DNA of 64,000 nt from the human T2T-CHM13v2.0 reference genome, Homo sapiens, in the NCBI RefSeq assembly GCF_009914755.1, contig NC_060926.1. One strand, written 5' to 3'. Both the position numbers and the translations under genes were made by a program. The notes under the pieces were generated by a model. It had not been told where the DNA came from. It worked only from the letters and a program-made list of their open reading frames with translations, and ran no database searches. Shown here piece after piece: positions 16,848-64,000 of this stretch. Every line of letters begins with the position of its first letter. Position 1 is the stretch's first letter.

Positions 16848-17234
16848 TCATTGGAAAGTAGGGAAAACTACCAACATTTAAATGAAGACAAAAATAAGAA
16901 AAGTTCAGACATAAAGTGTAGGCTCTTGGTTTAAGCAGAAATGGTGTTCTTTTGGTGGTTTGCAGTTAGTAAGCTGTATTTGTACTTTGTGTCAGTTCAG
17001 GTTTCTGGAGTTTGTTTAAGAACTGGCTTCATTTTCCATATTATTAGGAGTTGGGAGTTCCTTTGAAAAAGAAAACAGAAAATTTAAGAAAAACACAAAT
17101 TGCAATTTTGAAATTCTACCATTAAGGATGATATCTTAAAATAAGAATTATGTCTTAGAAAGCAGAAGTGAGAATAAAAACTTTTGTTACTGTTATTAAA
17201 TAATAGTCGATATCAAGTGTAGAAAGCAAATAAA

Positions 17235-17335
17235 TTTAATCTTTCATTTTCAATTAATCTTTAATATTTCAGAAGTATATCAACATTGCCTAACATGCTA
17301 TTTTACACACAATAGATATATAATCAATGTTTATT
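17235..17335 (-). terminator. Candidate distal PNPT1 polyadenylation signals
   Basis: tttaat 17235-17240 and tttatt 17330-17335 on +; U-rich sequence downstream on the minus strand. Confidence 0.5.
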
Positions 17336-17388
17336 GACTTAAAAATCTTTGGTTTAGCCAGATAAATTTGTAATATTTTATGAACTAG

Positions 17389-18720
<1,332 letters not shown>

Positions 18721-18798
18721 ATAATCTTTCTGTTTAGGTAAATTTGAAAAATATACATCATTACTACCACATTCATCCTAGTTAGAATCTCATTTATA

Positions 18799-18804
18799 TT
18801 TATT
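18799..18804 (-). terminator. Candidate proximal PNPT1 poly(A) signal AATAAA
   Basis: tttatt on +, about 585 nt after the stop and upstream of all UTR Alus. Confidence 0.45.
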
Positions 18805-19387
18805 CCACTCTGTTTATGATTTGGTAACTAATTTGAAAGGCATTATATTATCAAAAGTGTATCAGATTAGCTCCCTCAACTCACTATATCTGTTAACAGT
18901 TCTGAAGAAATAGGCACTGGCTTTGAATATGGCCTGTTCCAGTTTGTGAACCGTTGTAGGCAAGTAAAGTTGTTGGGCACAGAGGTGACCTGTAGGATGA
19001 CTGAAGGTAAACTGTCACTACTGTATACAAAGAAGAAAAATAAGATGTAGGAAGAGATCTGTTATAATAACATATGACATATTCTATCTAAGTTTTTCAT
19101 ATATTTCAGAATTGTAAAAACAAAACTATGTAATTTTTTCTAAGATGTATAAATGACTTACTTTTAATAATAAATATTTCTTGATTTATAATGTAAATAC
19201 AATTAAACAAATATGGGTTACTCGAATTAAAAAAATGGCACATGTAAATGAGCATTTTAGTACAAATAATTAAAATGTATTTATATTATATAGAAATCTA
19301 CACAATGGAAGATACTACTAAAATGTTGCTCTACAGCACATCACCCTAGACAAAATAGAATTCTAGAATTCTCTTTAAAAAAAAAAA

Positions 19388-64000
<44,613 letters not shown>

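Noticed and set aside
19357-19372. 16-bp palindrome AGAATTCTAGAATTCT just after the PNPT1 stop
   Set aside because: Only two properly spaced HSE units, located in a 3' UTR; short enough to be chance

Overview
Human (great-ape-type) genomic DNA, recognisable as the PPP4R3B (SMEK2) / PNPT1 locus, which I recall lies at 2p16. Left end: minus-strand PPP4R3B exon 1 (CDS 334-475) in a CpG-island promoter that looks bidirectional. About 1.8-17 kb is a repeat-dense spacer (Alus, ERV1 solo LTR, ERVL remnant, MER elements). About 17.2-64 kb is minus-strand PNPT1 (mitochondrial polynucleotide phosphorylase). I resolved 22 complete coding exons plus the last 5 nt of one more (exons 6-28 by back-counting against the recalled 783-aa protein); they splice into one continuous frame. 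The introns hold dozens of Alus, a full-length SVA, L1/L2/MIR fragments and a long CR1/L3 fossil. I did not find a convincingly new biological system. The best second-look items are regulatory or structural: three uORFs in the PPP4R3B leader, splice signals for a divergent transcript, a 74-bp segment copied 49 kb away, template-switch scars, a GC-AG intron before the catalytic exon, an in-frame stop-free 84-nt intron, and alternative polyadenylation around 3' UTR Alus. Repeat family names and reference-protein comparisons come from memory of consensus sequences, not from a search. Repeat boundaries are approximate.
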